From positions 1-63,190 of IMG/VR virus record IMGVR_UViG_3300035659_000010: a DNA stretch of 63,190 nt; one strand, written 5' to 3'. Both the position numbers and the translations under genes were made by a program. Shown here one piece after another: positions 1 to 8,979 of the stretch. Positions within the stretch are counted from its first letter, which is position 1; each line of letters opens with the position of its first letter. The notes under the pieces were generated by a model that saw only the letters and a list, made by a program, of their open reading frames with translations, was not told where the DNA came from and searched no databases. The stretch comes from a virus (lineage: Duplodnaviria > Caudoviricetes).

Positions 1-115
1 CCAGCGTCTCCTCGTCCAGCGGATCGCGGAGCCAGTAGACGAGGTTCTGCACCGTGCCGTTCTCCGTATCCAGGTAGCTCGCCCCTGAATTATCCGACTG
101 AGTGCCTTGCTTCAT
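1..115 (-). CDS. hypothetical protein, partial (runs off window)
   Basis: ATG at 115 preceded by CAGGAG; ATGA overlap with upstream ORF; reads MKQGTQSDNSGASYLDTENG... Confidence 0.55.
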   Translation of the reverse strand, partial: MKQGTQSDNSGASYLDTENGTVQNLVYWLRDPLDEETL

Positions 116-321
116 CGTGTGCTCCTGACTCTGAGTGTGCTCCTGACTCTGACACCTAGCCACGAGCGACAACGGCAACGCCAGCACCAGAGCGCAGACG
201 GTCCTTTGTCGCATCGCATGGGCCGCGAGCACGCCATGCACGGCTCGACCCAAGGTGGCTCGGGCGGCGTGATAGTCACCGGCTCCGTAATCTGTTCCGC
301 GTCGGGCTTCATTCCAGCCAC
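112..321 (-). CDS. small CxxC...CxxC putative Zn-binding protein
   Basis: CMAC and CWRC motifs; coupled to neighbours. Confidence 0.5.
   Translation of the reverse strand: MAGMKPDAEQITEPVTITPPEPPWVEPCMACSRPMRCDKGPSALWCWRCRCRSWLGVRVRSTLRVRSTR
117..152. repeat. 18-bp perfect tandem duplication GTGTGCTCCTGACTCTGA x2
   Basis: copies at 117-134 and 135-152. Confidence 0.9.
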
Positions 322-399
322 CTACGCCTTTCCGCACGCGAAGCCAAAGAACCAGCAGAGGAGAAGACAACCAGCGACGACCAGCGACTCTCGGTTCAT
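322..399 (-). CDS. 25-aa hydrophobic peptide
   Basis: MNRESLVVAGCLLLCWFFGFACGKA; ATGA overlap at 396-399; fills the gap exactly. Confidence 0.4.
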   Translation of the reverse strand: MNRESLVVAGCLLLCWFFGFACGKA

Positions 400-773
400 C
401 GTCCGCTGCGCTCCTTCTCCAGCATCACCTGCGCGGCCATGAGCACGTCATTCCTCTCGAACCCCTCGTCCGGGATCTCGCGAAGGATGGTCGCGACGCG
501 ATCGGCGAACCCAGGCACCTGCGCCTTGCGAGCGAGCTTTGCCCGAAGCACGGCGAGCGCTTCACTCAGCACATAATGGGACTCGCGGTCGTTGTTGACC
601 TGTAGCGTCCAGATCGGTTCGTTGGTCCAGTTTGATGCGAGGCCGTACCTCTCGCCGTGACGCTCACCGCTCCGGAACTCCAAGCGGACCTCGACGAGCT
701 TGGCGGCTGGAAACTCGCGATTGAGCAGCGCGAGGGCATTGTGCAGCATCTGCGGGACGGATTCGTCGCTCAC
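396..773 (-). CDS. hypothetical protein
   Basis: ORF with overlapping start/stop in operon. Confidence 0.7.
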   Translation of the reverse strand: MSDESVPQMLHNALALLNREFPAAKLVEVRLEFRSGERHGERYGLASNWTNEPIWTLQVNNDRESHYVLSEALAVLRAKLARKAQVPGFADRVATILREIPDEGFERNDVLMAAQVMLEKERSGR

Positions 774-1627
774 CGGTGCAGCACCCCGTCTCGGTCCGGC
801 ATGGACCGAACGAACCCTTCGAGCCCCGGCAGGGACACATGCAGGTAGAGCCCGAGAAGCTCCTCGGCCGCGGGGACCTCCCAGTCATGTACGCAGAGCG
901 CCTGCCGCTCGTCCATGTCGTAGAGCGAGCGGAAGCTCGCCTGCTCGAAGGCGTGCTTCGAGTTCCGCGACGTGAGCAGGTACCTGTGGCCTGTGTCCGC
1001 GCCGACGGCCACGAACTGCTGTCGCCGGTTGAAGTCCTCGATCTGCTCCGGCGTCAGAAACGCCTTGAGGACACGTGTCGCGCGGATCTCGACGTCGTCG
1101 AACTCCGGCACCGGGCACCCGAGCGCCGGCTGCGCCACCGTGGCCGCCACCGCGGGCTTGTCCTCCTTCTTGGGCTTCGGCTTCTCCTCCTTCTCGACGG
1201 GCGGCGTCGGCTGGGCCTCGACTGCCATCGCCGGCACTTCTTCCCCGGAGCCGTCGATGACCTGAAGCGTCGCCTCGGAAAGCTCTTCGAGCCGCCCGCT
1301 CGCGAAGCGCACCACCGACACCTGCTTCCGATGCGGCTTCAGCTTCTTCTGCAGGAAGTCCTGCACCTGCGAGATCGGCGCGTCGAGTGCGACCGTCTGT
1401 TCCCGCAGCGAGTCGAGATGGATCTCACGCAGCGCCGTCTCCGATGTCCACGCCTTCTTGAAGGCCCCCGGCTTCACCGCCCGCGCGAAGAGCGCCTTCA
1501 CGGCCTCCTTCTCCGTCGGGGAGAGCCCGACGAGCGTGAGGCGCGTCGACTTGTCCGTGATCTTCTCCAGCTTGATGTCCCCGTAGACCGAGGGCAGGTA
1601 CCACGTGAAGTTCTGGGGCATGTGCAT
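770..1627 (-). CDS. hypothetical protein
   Basis: 285-aa ORF, AGGAG RBS, globular composition. Confidence 0.75.
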   Translation of the reverse strand: MHMPQNFTWYLPSVYGDIKLEKITDKSTRLTLVGLSPTEKEAVKALFARAVKPGAFKKAWTSETALREIHLDSLREQTVALDAPISQVQDFLQKKLKPHRKQVSVVRFASGRLEELSEATLQVIDGSGEEVPAMAVEAQPTPPVEKEEKPKPKKEDKPAVAATVAQPALGCPVPEFDDVEIRATRVLKAFLTPEQIEDFNRRQQFVAVGADTGHRYLLTSRNSKHAFEQASFRSLYDMDERQALCVHDWEVPAAEELLGLYLHVSLPGLEGFVRSMPDRDGVLHR

Positions 1628-2108
1628 GGGGCTTCTCCTGTTCTTCTTCCTGGCTCACCAGATCCGTGAGCGCGTTGATCCGTTTCGTGAGTTTTGCCAC
1701 AGCGTCGGCGTCTGGCTGCTGATCGATCTGCAGCATGCGCCTGGCCGTGAGTAGCTCGTTCAGTTCCCGAGCCATCGACTCCCGCTTCTTCGCTTCGTTG
1801 TTGCTATGGAGGCCGCCCATCGCGGGGCCGATCATCGCGAGCATCTCGCGGGCCATCTGCTGCTGATCGCCGCCGTGCATGGCTCCGCCGCCCCTGATGA
1901 TGCCGTGGTCGACGACGTTTATGCCGTACGCATCCTGCTCGTGCTCGTCCATGTCCTCGGGGCGCGGGTTTATCTCGATCTGGAGCTTCTGCGCGAGCAC
2001 AGCTAGCCGGTTCACGCACGCGAACCTCCCGCGCATGTCGCCGTCGAGTTCACTCCGCATGAGTTCCGAGAGAGCGTCGATCGCTGCCTGGTGCTTGTCC
2101 TTGTTCAT
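1425..2108 (-). CDS. hypothetical helical protein
   Basis: AAGGAG RBS then ATG 2108 (MNKDKHQ); 3' end overlaps next gene by about 200 nt. Confidence 0.65.
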   Translation of the reverse strand: MNKDKHQAAIDALSELMRSELDGDMRGRFACVNRLAVLAQKLQIEINPRPEDMDEHEQDAYGINVVDHGIIRGGGAMHGGDQQQMAREMLAMIGPAMGGLHSNNEAKKRESMARELNELLTARRMLQIDQQPDADAVAKLTKRINALTDLVSQEEEQEKPHAHAPELHVVPALGLRGHQAGEDHGQVDAPHARRALPDGEGGREGALRAGGEAGGLQEGVDIGDGAA

Positions 2109-2275
2109 CTGTCTCCTTCGAGAGCCTCCGTAATGACCGCCATCAGCGCCACGAGCCCGATGGCGTTGAGGCACTGCTTCAATTCGTACGGTATGTGTCC
2201 CAGTGGCTGCGGTGCCGGATGCCAGCGCCAGATCCCCCGCCAGTCCCGTGCGCGCACACCGAGCATGCGAGCCAT
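2105..2275 (-). CDS. small hypothetical protein
   Basis: MARMLGVRARDW...; overlaps both neighbours. Confidence 0.5.
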   Translation of the reverse strand: MARMLGVRARDWRGIWRWHPAPQPLGHIPYELKQCLNAIGLVALMAVITEALEGDR

Positions 2276-2793
2276 CAGTACGGCCCCTCCACGAGTTCTT
2301 CGCCGACGATCATCGCGCTGAACCGCACTGTCCTGCCTGGTGCCAGATTCGCGGCGTTCCGCAGCGTCACCTGCAGGTGCAGCTGATCTCTGGGTTTCAT
2401 CGTGAACCCCGGCAGACGCACCCGCTCCAGCTGCGACTCGCGCTCCAGCCGGTCCCATTCGCTCACGAGGTACAGGTCTCCGTCGACCTCGTCGAGCAGC
2501 CGGTAAGCGCGGTTCAAATCGAGCGAGTTGACGACGAAGCCCGACGTCGAGATCAGGAAATACTTCGGACGGAATTGTCGGTACGCCTCAAGACGCCATG
2601 AGGTGCGCTCTTTACCGACGTCGAGCGCACAAACGTACGTCGCCCATTGGAGGCGCGGCGACGGGCGCGGGCGCGAGCGCGCGAGCCCGGACGCAGCCTC
2701 TACCTCGTCGAGCATGGCGTCGAAGTCCTCCTGTTCACCGAAGAACTCCTTCCCAGTCGCAGACAGGAGTATCCGCTTCTGCTCCCTCGTCAC
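2275..2793 (-). CDS. hypothetical protein
   Basis: GTGA overlap start at 2793 (MTREQKRILL). Confidence 0.65.
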   Translation of the reverse strand: MTREQKRILLSATGKEFFGEQEDFDAMLDEVEAASGLARSRPRPSPRLQWATYVCALDVGKERTSWRLEAYRQFRPKYFLISTSGFVVNSLDLNRAYRLLDEVDGDLYLVSEWDRLERESQLERVRLPGFTMKPRDQLHLQVTLRNAANLAPGRTVRFSAMIVGEELVEGPY

Positions 2794-3740
2794 AGCGTCA
2801 CTCCCAGCAGGCTCGTCAGGTTCTTCGCCGCCATCCAGCATCGTTCGCGGAACATGTCGTCGTAGCCGGGCTCGTTCACTTCAACGGCGATAGCACGCAG
2901 GACGGCCGCCGCCGAGAAGTCCTCGTCCCCGTGCGCCCCGGCCCGCGCAGCGCTCACGAGGCGCTCCGTCTGCTCCTCGTCCTCCAGCACCAGCACAAGC
3001 GTGAGCGCCCAGAGCATCTGCTGCTCGTGCGTGTACTGCCACCAGTCGCGCGGACCCTGACGCGGCCACTTGATCGCCGCCTTCGTCACGTCCGTCAGGA
3101 GTGCCGGCATCACCTCCTCGGCGAACGCCTGCTGTGCCCTGTCCATCGCTTCGTCTCGCAGAAGCTCCGAACAGCACGAGACCCAGACCTTCGCCCGCTT
3201 CTTCTGCGCGGTCGTCCAGGTCATCCCGTCGGAGCCCATCATCACGAGGGCGCGCATCTGGTCCTCGGCCAGTGCGTACTTCCCGAGCGCACAGAGCGCG
3301 ATGCCGCTCGGGCTCTTCCCCGAGAGCTTCGTGTACATGCCCGTCTCGTGGATCACTGGGGCCATGATCTCGACGTAACGCGCCGGGTTCGACAAGAGAC
3401 ACGAGTGGAGCAGCAGCTGCGCGTAGCCCGAGCGCATCGTGACACCGAGACCGCCGAGACCGAGCACGCCCCGGCCGTAACAGTGCGCCTGGTCGACGTT
3501 CCCCCCGGCACATGCGCACGCCACGGAGTAGACGGCCTCCCAGAACGTCGGCTTGCCCACGAGCTTCGGCTTCCGAGCGCCGACGGCGTACCAGCCCGAG
3601 TACGAGCCGTACTTCGCCCAGCGCACCCACGGGCGTCCGTCCTCCGTGCGCGCCGGAGCGTCTGCCGGCGTCGCGACGTCGAGGAGCGACTCGAAGTCCG
3701 GACGCACCGAGACACGGAGAGGGGAGGACTTGTGGAGCAT
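2790..3740 (-). CDS. hypothetical protein
   Basis: long ORF, first gene of leftward operon; start uncertain (3740 or 3803). Confidence 0.7.
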   Translation of the reverse strand: MLHKSSPLRVSVRPDFESLLDVATPADAPARTEDGRPWVRWAKYGSYSGWYAVGARKPKLVGKPTFWEAVYSVACACAGGNVDQAHCYGRGVLGLGGLGVTMRSGYAQLLLHSCLLSNPARYVEIMAPVIHETGMYTKLSGKSPSGIALCALGKYALAEDQMRALVMMGSDGMTWTTAQKKRAKVWVSCCSELLRDEAMDRAQQAFAEEVMPALLTDVTKAAIKWPRQGPRDWWQYTHEQQMLWALTLVLVLEDEEQTERLVSAARAGAHGDEDFSAAAVLRAIAVEVNEPGYDDMFRERCWMAAKNLTSLLGVTL

Positions 3741-3807
3741 GTGCCTGAGCGAGCATGCCGCTAGGGGCTTATGTTGCTGGAGGCAACCACCCGCTAGCGG
3801 CATGCTC

Positions 3808-3845
3808 TGGCTAGCACTGATAGCCAAGCTAGCCACCGGTGTCAA
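3808..3845 (-). promoter_or_regulatory. sigma70-like promoter with GGCTAGC operator-like boxes (leftward)
   Basis: TTGACA-N17-TATCAG; near-identical element at 58869-58906. Confidence 0.7.
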
Positions 3846-3882
3846 GGATGACGAGGGCGGACATTCTGTGTCCTGGCGCTGC

Positions 3883-3900
3883 TTGACGGCCGGCTAGCCA
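3883..3900 (+). promoter_or_regulatory. putative rightward -35 plus GGCTAGCC palindrome
   Basis: TTGACG followed by GGCTAGCC upstream of the YqaJ gene; -10 not clear. Confidence 0.4.
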
Positions 3901-4001
3901 GGGAGCAAGGTGTGTTCCTCGGCACGACAGAAAAGTGCGGGCCGCCCCGAGCATGAGGCGGCCCACGTGTCTGACACAGCACAGAGAAGGAGGACTCAGA
4001 C

Positions 4002-4970
4002 GTGGCAAGAATAGCGCAGAGGCGAAAAGCTGGCAACCATGGCCGTAGCACGGCCCGACCGTTCGTCACGCTCGCGGACTCGGAGAAGGATCGCGCCGGT
4101 TGGCTCAAGGCGCGGGATGAGGGGATCGGCGCGAGCGAAGCTGCGATCATCTTCGGCGTGAATCCGTGGGAGAGCCCGTTCTCGCTCTACCAGAAGAAGC
4201 GTGGCGAGGTCGGGGCACAGCCCGACAACCCAGCGATGTCGTGGGGTCGCAAACTGGAGCACATCGTCGGCGAGACGTTCGCCGAGGAGACGGGGCGCGA
4301 CGTCTGGAAGCACCCGCTCGGCGCGCATCTGCTCCGCTCGCGTGCGTTCCCCTGGCTCCTGGCGACGCCGGACTACGAGCAGCGAAACCCGCGCCTACAG
4401 ACGGATGGGCTGCTTGAGTGCAAGACCACCGGAAGTCGCTACGAAGCCGACTGGTCCGAGGAGGCTCCGCTCTACTACCAGATCCAGGTGCAGCAGCAGC
4501 TTTTGGTTTCTGGGCGTCTGTACGCTTCGATCGCGTGTCTGATCGGCGGACAGAAGTTCATCTACACGCACGTCGTGAGGAACGACAAGTTCCTGAAGAC
4601 GCTGGTCACGAAGACCCAGAAGTTCTGGCAGATGGTGCAGGACGGCACCCCGCCGCCCATCGACGCGAGCGAAGCAACGATCTCGACGCTGAAGAAGATG
4701 CGCGAGGACGGGCGCGTCATCACGTTGCCGAAAGACGTGCTGAAGTGGCACGATCAGATGCTCCTGGCTGCCGAGCATCGGAAAGCTGCCGAGGCTGACG
4801 AGAAGGAGGCGAAGCACGAGATCAGCGCGCTCATGGGGCTTGCGAAGCGCGGGCTGCTCCCGGAGGGGCGAGGCATCTACAAGTTCGAGACGCGCGCTGC
4901 GTACGACGTTAAGGCGCACACAGTCTCTGCATCACGGCAGTTGAAGTTCAGCAACCGCATCGACGTCTGA
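4002..4970 (+). CDS. yqaJ: YqaJ/lambda-type phage exonuclease
   Basis: WLKARDEGIGASE, WGRKLE, LATPD, LECKT, YQIQVQQQL motifs; upstream of RecT. Confidence 0.92.
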   Translation: MARIAQRRKAGNHGRSTARPFVTLADSEKDRAGWLKARDEGIGASEAAIIFGVNPWESPFSLYQKKRGEVGAQPDNPAMSWGRKLEHIVGETFAEETGRDVWKHPLGAHLLRSRAFPWLLATPDYEQRNPRLQTDGLLECKTTGSRYEADWSEEAPLYYQIQVQQQLLVSGRLYASIACLIGGQKFIYTHVVRNDKFLKTLVTKTQKFWQMVQDGTPPPIDASEATISTLKKMREDGRVITLPKDVLKWHDQMLLAAEHRKAAEADEKEAKHEISALMGLAKRGLLPEGRGIYKFETRAAYDVKAHTVSASRQLKFSNRIDV

Positions 4971-4993
4971 GTCACAAGAAGGAGAACCAGAGC

Positions 4994-5992
4994 ATGACCG
5001 AGATTGTTTCCCCCAAGCAGAAGATGGCGAACTTGCGTTCGCTGCTGATGAACGAGAAAGTTCAGGCACAGATCATGTCCGCGCTTCCGCGGCACATCGA
5101 CGGCAAGCGCCTGTTCCGTGTGTACCTCACGGCGGTGCAGACCACGCCCCGCATCCTGGAGTGCGACACGGTGAGCGTGATCGGTGCGGTTATCCAAGCG
5201 GCACAGGTCGGGCTCTCGCTCGACTCGGTGTTCGGCGAGGGGTTCCTGATCCCGCGCTACAACAAGAACACCGGCGGCTTCGTCGCGCAGTTCCAGACCG
5301 GGTACAAGGGCCTGCGCAAACTCGCGTTCACGTCGGACAAGGGGATCCGGGACATCTACGCCCGCGTCGTCTACGAGAACGACACGTTCGAGTACGCCTA
5401 CGAGCCCGCCACGCTCAGGCACACGCCCGCGGACGCAGACACGCGCGGCCCTCTGAAGTACGCCTACGCGAAGGTGATCTGGAAGGAGGACAACTACGAC
5501 CGCTTCATCGTCGTCGGCACGCCGGAGATCAACAAAGCGAAGTCCGCGAGTGACTCCGCCAAGAAGGGCTTCGGTCCCTGGATCGACAACACCGAGGCCA
5601 TGTGGGCGAAAACGGCGCTCCGTCGGCTCTGCGACACGCTCACCTTGAGCGCGGATTCGGATCTGGCCCGCGCGATGGTCTCGGAGGACTCGGAGGAAGC
5701 AGGGAGACATGCCGTGGCGGGGCTCGACCTCGACTTGTCGTCCCTATCGGCAGCGCCTGCTGCGCCGCAACTGCAGGAGCCGACTACGAGCGCGCTCGAT
5801 CAGCTGGCGGAACAGTCCGGTGGGCAGACACCTGCGCCTGTTCAGCAGCGACGGCGGCGTGCGGCTCCGCAGGAAGCCCCGCCGGTTGCGACGCAGCCCG
5901 CTGCCGCGCAGGCAGCACCCACGCAAGCGGAGAGAGACGACGAGCGCATCGTCGGGAACATCGACCGGCGCACTGGTGAAGTGATCGAGTGA
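4994..5992 (+). CDS. recT: RecT ssDNA annealing protein
   Basis: AAQVGLSLD..GEGFLIPR, QFQTGYKGL, VVYENDTF, PWIDNTEAMWAKTALRR. Confidence 0.93.
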   Translation: MTEIVSPKQKMANLRSLLMNEKVQAQIMSALPRHIDGKRLFRVYLTAVQTTPRILECDTVSVIGAVIQAAQVGLSLDSVFGEGFLIPRYNKNTGGFVAQFQTGYKGLRKLAFTSDKGIRDIYARVVYENDTFEYAYEPATLRHTPADADTRGPLKYAYAKVIWKEDNYDRFIVVGTPEINKAKSASDSAKKGFGPWIDNTEAMWAKTALRRLCDTLTLSADSDLARAMVSEDSEEAGRHAVAGLDLDLSSLSAAPAAPQLQEPTTSALDQLAEQSGGQTPAPVQQRRRRAAPQEAPPVATQPAAAQAAPTQAERDDERIVGNIDRRTGEVIE

Positions 5993-6747
5993 CCCAACGC
6001 CTCAAGGTGCGGCTGACGCCCGACCAGATCGCTTACGCGACTCGCATCGGGCGTCAGCGGCACGCTGAGCACGGAATCGACCCGCGCGTGGACACATCCC
6101 GCGACGGAGTTGATCTGCACATCCAGGGCGCGTGCGCGGAGATGGCCGTCTCTGTCGCGTTGAAGCGCCCGTGGGACGGAGCGTTCCAGAAACTCGCCGA
6201 GTGGCGCGTGTGGCGGAAGATCGGTCACGACGTCGGTGGCCTGCAGGTGCGCTGTACGAGCTACACGACGGGCGGGCTCTGCGTGCACAAGATGGACCCG
6301 GACACCCACCCGTTCGTGCTCGTGCTCGACCGCGACGCGCCCGAGTACGTGCTCGCCGGATGGATCATGGGTATGGACGCGAAGAAGGACATGTACTGGG
6401 ACGAGACGCTGATGAGTAAGCGTCCCTGCTACCTCGTGCCGCAGATCGATCTCCGGTCATGTGCCGAGCTTGCTCGCGAGCCCGAGCGCGCCAGTGGCGG
6501 CGCGTACCGACGCGACCCGGCGCCCGACTTCGCTGGACACGGCAAGTGGCCGCAGATGCGGTACGCCGACGACGGAGGGCACCCCTCGAAGTACGGGAAC
6601 ATCATCACGTCGAAATTTTCGTTACCCTGCTGCCGGTGCCAGACCATCATCGAGGCCGGTCAGCCTCTCGGGGGGAACCTCGTGACGGGGACCATCCACG
6701 GCGATCCAGCGATGTGCAAGATGAAGAAGAGGAGGGCTTCCCAGTGA
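5989..6747 (+). CDS. phage protein, possible restriction-endonuclease-like fold, Cys-containing C-terminus
   Basis: GACAEMAV...DVGGLQVRCT...FVLV...LAGWI pattern. Confidence 0.55.
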   Translation: MTQRLKVRLTPDQIAYATRIGRQRHAEHGIDPRVDTSRDGVDLHIQGACAEMAVSVALKRPWDGAFQKLAEWRVWRKIGHDVGGLQVRCTSYTTGGLCVHKMDPDTHPFVLVLDRDAPEYVLAGWIMGMDAKKDMYWDETLMSKRPCYLVPQIDLRSCAELAREPERASGGAYRRDPAPDFAGHGKWPQMRYADDGGHPSKYGNIITSKFSLPCCRCQTIIEAGQPLGGNLVTGTIHGDPAMCKMKKRRASQ

Positions 6748-6795
6748 GATCGTTCACGAAGCCGTCCGTGACTCGAAGCCAGATCAGATTGATAC

Positions 6796-6824
6796 TTGAC
6801 AGGCTAATATCAGCCCTGTAACGA
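6796..6824 (+). promoter_or_regulatory. putative promoter with imperfect palindrome in spacer
   Basis: TTGACA then GGCTAATATCAGCC upstream of RHH gene. Confidence 0.5.
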
Positions 6825-6834
6825 AACAAGTCCG

Positions 6835-7023
6835 ATGAGCGACGAGAACACCGAGGACGAAACCCCGATTCCGAAGCATCTGGTCGTGCAACTGGACAAG
6901 GAGGACCGGGCGCTCCTGGAGCGGCTTTCGGCCATGGAAAAGCTCACAAGGAGCGACATCGTGCGCCGCGCTCTGCGCCGGTACGCAAAGGATCTGGGGC
7001 TCACAACCACACCTGCGGTCTAG
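6835..7023 (+). CDS. ribbon-helix-helix (CopG-like) regulator
   Basis: HLVVQLDKEDRALLERLSAMEKLTRSDIVRRALRRY. Confidence 0.85.
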   Translation: MSDENTEDETPIPKHLVVQLDKEDRALLERLSAMEKLTRSDIVRRALRRYAKDLGLTTTPAV

Positions 7024-7060
7024 GGGGACACGTGACGGAACAGCAAGTTCCACGGGATCG

Positions 7061-8041
7061 GTGCCTCTGATGGACTGGTCCGACGAGCGGTATGTGCGCG
7101 TTTACACGCGGGACACGCCGACGATGAAGCTCCTCCGATGGGAGGGTCGGATGGTCCTGTTCGAGCTACTTCGGAAGGTGGACAGGGCCGGCGTCATGGA
7201 CTTCGGGGACGAGGGGCCAGCCGAGGCCATCTCAGCGGTGACGGACATCCCGCTGGAGCATGTGACGGTGGGACTCCAGCGTCTCCTGGACCGCGGGTGC
7301 GTCGTCGTGAAGGACGGTTCCATCGTGATCTCGAAGTTCCTGGAGGCGCAGGAGTCGCCACAGTCGGACAAGCACCGACAACGGGAGTACCGGGCCAAAC
7401 GGCGCGACCTGGCGAGGCATGGTGTCACAAATCGTGACACGACCGCTGTCACAAATCGTGACACCTCCGACGCTTCTCGTGACACCCCCCAGAAGGGGGC
7501 AGATACCCCCACTGTCACGAAACCAATCATCCCCGTCACGGGACCAATCGCGTCTGACTACAAAGACGCCGAAAACGTCACTCTGTACTGTACTGTGCCT
7601 AACTGTACTGTGCCTAACTGTACCGGTACCCATACTACTGCAGCTGATCGTAGCGCGCGTGAGACCGGAGTCGTCGCCCCCGAGCCCGAGCCCGAGCCGA
7701 CGAAGGCGAAGACCGAGAAGACTCCCTGCCCGGTCGACTTGTGGGAACACATGCCCGAGCCGACGAGGCGAGCGCTCGACGTGGCCCTGATCCCCTCGGC
7801 GGCTCAGGAGTACATGTGCCGTGGATTCGCCGCGAGGTACGCCGGGCGCACCGACCAGCTTCGGACACTGGACCAGTGGGTCTCCAGCGCTGTCCGCGCG
7901 ATCCAGTCTGACTGGAACGACCCGAACAAGCGACCGAAGCAGCCAGCGCCGTCGGCGAACGGCTCCGCGCCTCGCGCGCCGGGTCCGCAGGACTTCAGCG
8001 ACCCCCTGTCGCGACGACTCTTGGGAAGGAAGATCCAGTGA
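7061..8041 (+). CDS. phage replication initiator
   Basis: precedes loader and helicase; folded N-terminus then low-complexity linker carrying DNA repeats, as in lambda O. Confidence 0.75.
   Translation: MPLMDWSDERYVRVYTRDTPTMKLLRWEGRMVLFELLRKVDRAGVMDFGDEGPAEAISAVTDIPLEHVTVGLQRLLDRGCVVVKDGSIVISKFLEAQESPQSDKHRQREYRAKRRDLARHGVTNRDTTAVTNRDTSDASRDTPQKGADTPTVTKPIIPVTGPIASDYKDAENVTLYCTVPNCTVPNCTGTHTTAADRSARETGVVAPEPEPEPTKAKTEKTPCPVDLWEHMPEPTRRALDVALIPSAAQEYMCRGFAARYAGRTDQLRTLDQWVSSAVRAIQSDWNDPNKRPKQPAPSANGSAPRAPGPQDFSDPLSRRLLGRKIQ
7423..7625. repeat. putative origin: iteron-like palindromes TGTCACAAATCGTGACAC x2, partial copies, and CTGTACTGTGCCTAA x2
   Basis: copies at 7423-7440 and 7447-7464, partial at 7477-7485; 15-bp repeat near 7588-7617. 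Confidence 0.7.
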
Positions 8042-8979
8042 AGCAGATCGGCAGCCTGTTGGCGGAAGTGACCGAGTTCACGCAGCGGTACATGAGCGAG
8101 CGCGAGCAGAAGCTCCAGCAGGCCATCGGCAGCAAGCATGTGCTGACCTGGGTCGAGGAGACGTACGGCGACGCCGTCGCGTTCCTGTTTCCGGACGACT
8201 TCTCGATGAACGATCTCGTCACGACCGTCAGTGACGGCGCGCTCGACAACGCGAAGAAACGCCTGAAGCTCTGTGCCACGTGCCCGCCTCACGGCGGCGC
8301 GTGCGCCAGCGAGTACGAGAGTAATCACGGCAAGGCGCCGAAGTGGGATCGCGAGAAGGGTCTTCGGTCGGAGTGGTGCCCGCGCTGGAAGGAACACATC
8401 CTCCGACGGAAGTTGACCAGCGTGGGTGTCGGAGAGGCGTATCTCGGCGAGCGCTTCAGCACGTACGTGCCGACCACCGACGCGCAGCGCGACGCGAAGG
8501 CGCGGTGCGAAGAGTACGCGGCAGCGTTCAAGCGAGGCACGACACGCGGCAACCTGATCCTCGCCGGCCAGAACTACGGCGTCGGCAAGACACACTTGTC
8601 CATCGCCGTGGTCGCGGACCTGCTCGCTCGGTATCGACTGCGCACGGCGATGTTCGCGTACGTGCCGGAGTTCCTGGAACGTATCCGGCGTTCGTACTCA
8701 AGCGACGACCCTGAGCAGCGTCTGGTCGAGAACGCATGCACCACCGATCTTCTGGTGCTCGACGATCTCGCTGCACAGCGCACGACGGATTGGGTGCGCG
8801 AACAGATGAACCTGATCTCGAACGCCAGGTCATCCAACAAGCTCCCCACGATCATCACGACGAACGCATCGTTCAAGGAACTGGAAGAGACGCTCGGGCC
8901 GCGCGCAGCGAGTCGGTTCTTCGGGAACATGTTTGGTGCTGTGGTCGACGGACCAGATCGCCGGGTCGTCGAAGTCTGA
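8038..8979 (+). CDS. DnaC/IstB-like AAA+ helicase loader
   Basis: Walker A GQNYGVGKTHL, Walker B LLVLDDL, PTIITTN, SR arginine finger. Confidence 0.9.
   Translation: MKQIGSLLAEVTEFTQRYMSEREQKLQQAIGSKHVLTWVEETYGDAVAFLFPDDFSMNDLVTTVSDGALDNAKKRLKLCATCPPHGGACASEYESNHGKAPKWDREKGLRSEWCPRWKEHILRRKLTSVGVGEAYLGERFSTYVPTTDAQRDAKARCEEYAAAFKRGTTRGNLILAGQNYGVGKTHLSIAVVADLLARYRLRTAMFAYVPEFLERIRRSYSSDDPEQRLVENACTTDLLVLDDLAAQRTTDWVREQMNLISNARSSNKLPTIITTNASFKELEETLGPRAASRFFGNMFGAVVDGPDRRVVEV

Noticed and set aside
2598-3764. Long antisense or alternate-frame ORFs (also 11368-12684, 25816-27150, 53655-54947, 56017-57258)
   Set aside because: Shadow ORFs typical of high-GC DNA; they overlap better-supported genes and have R/A/P-biased composition.
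8038-8979. IS21 IstB transposition helper
   Set aside because: No IstA or terminal repeats; context between initiator and dnaB indicates a helicase loader.
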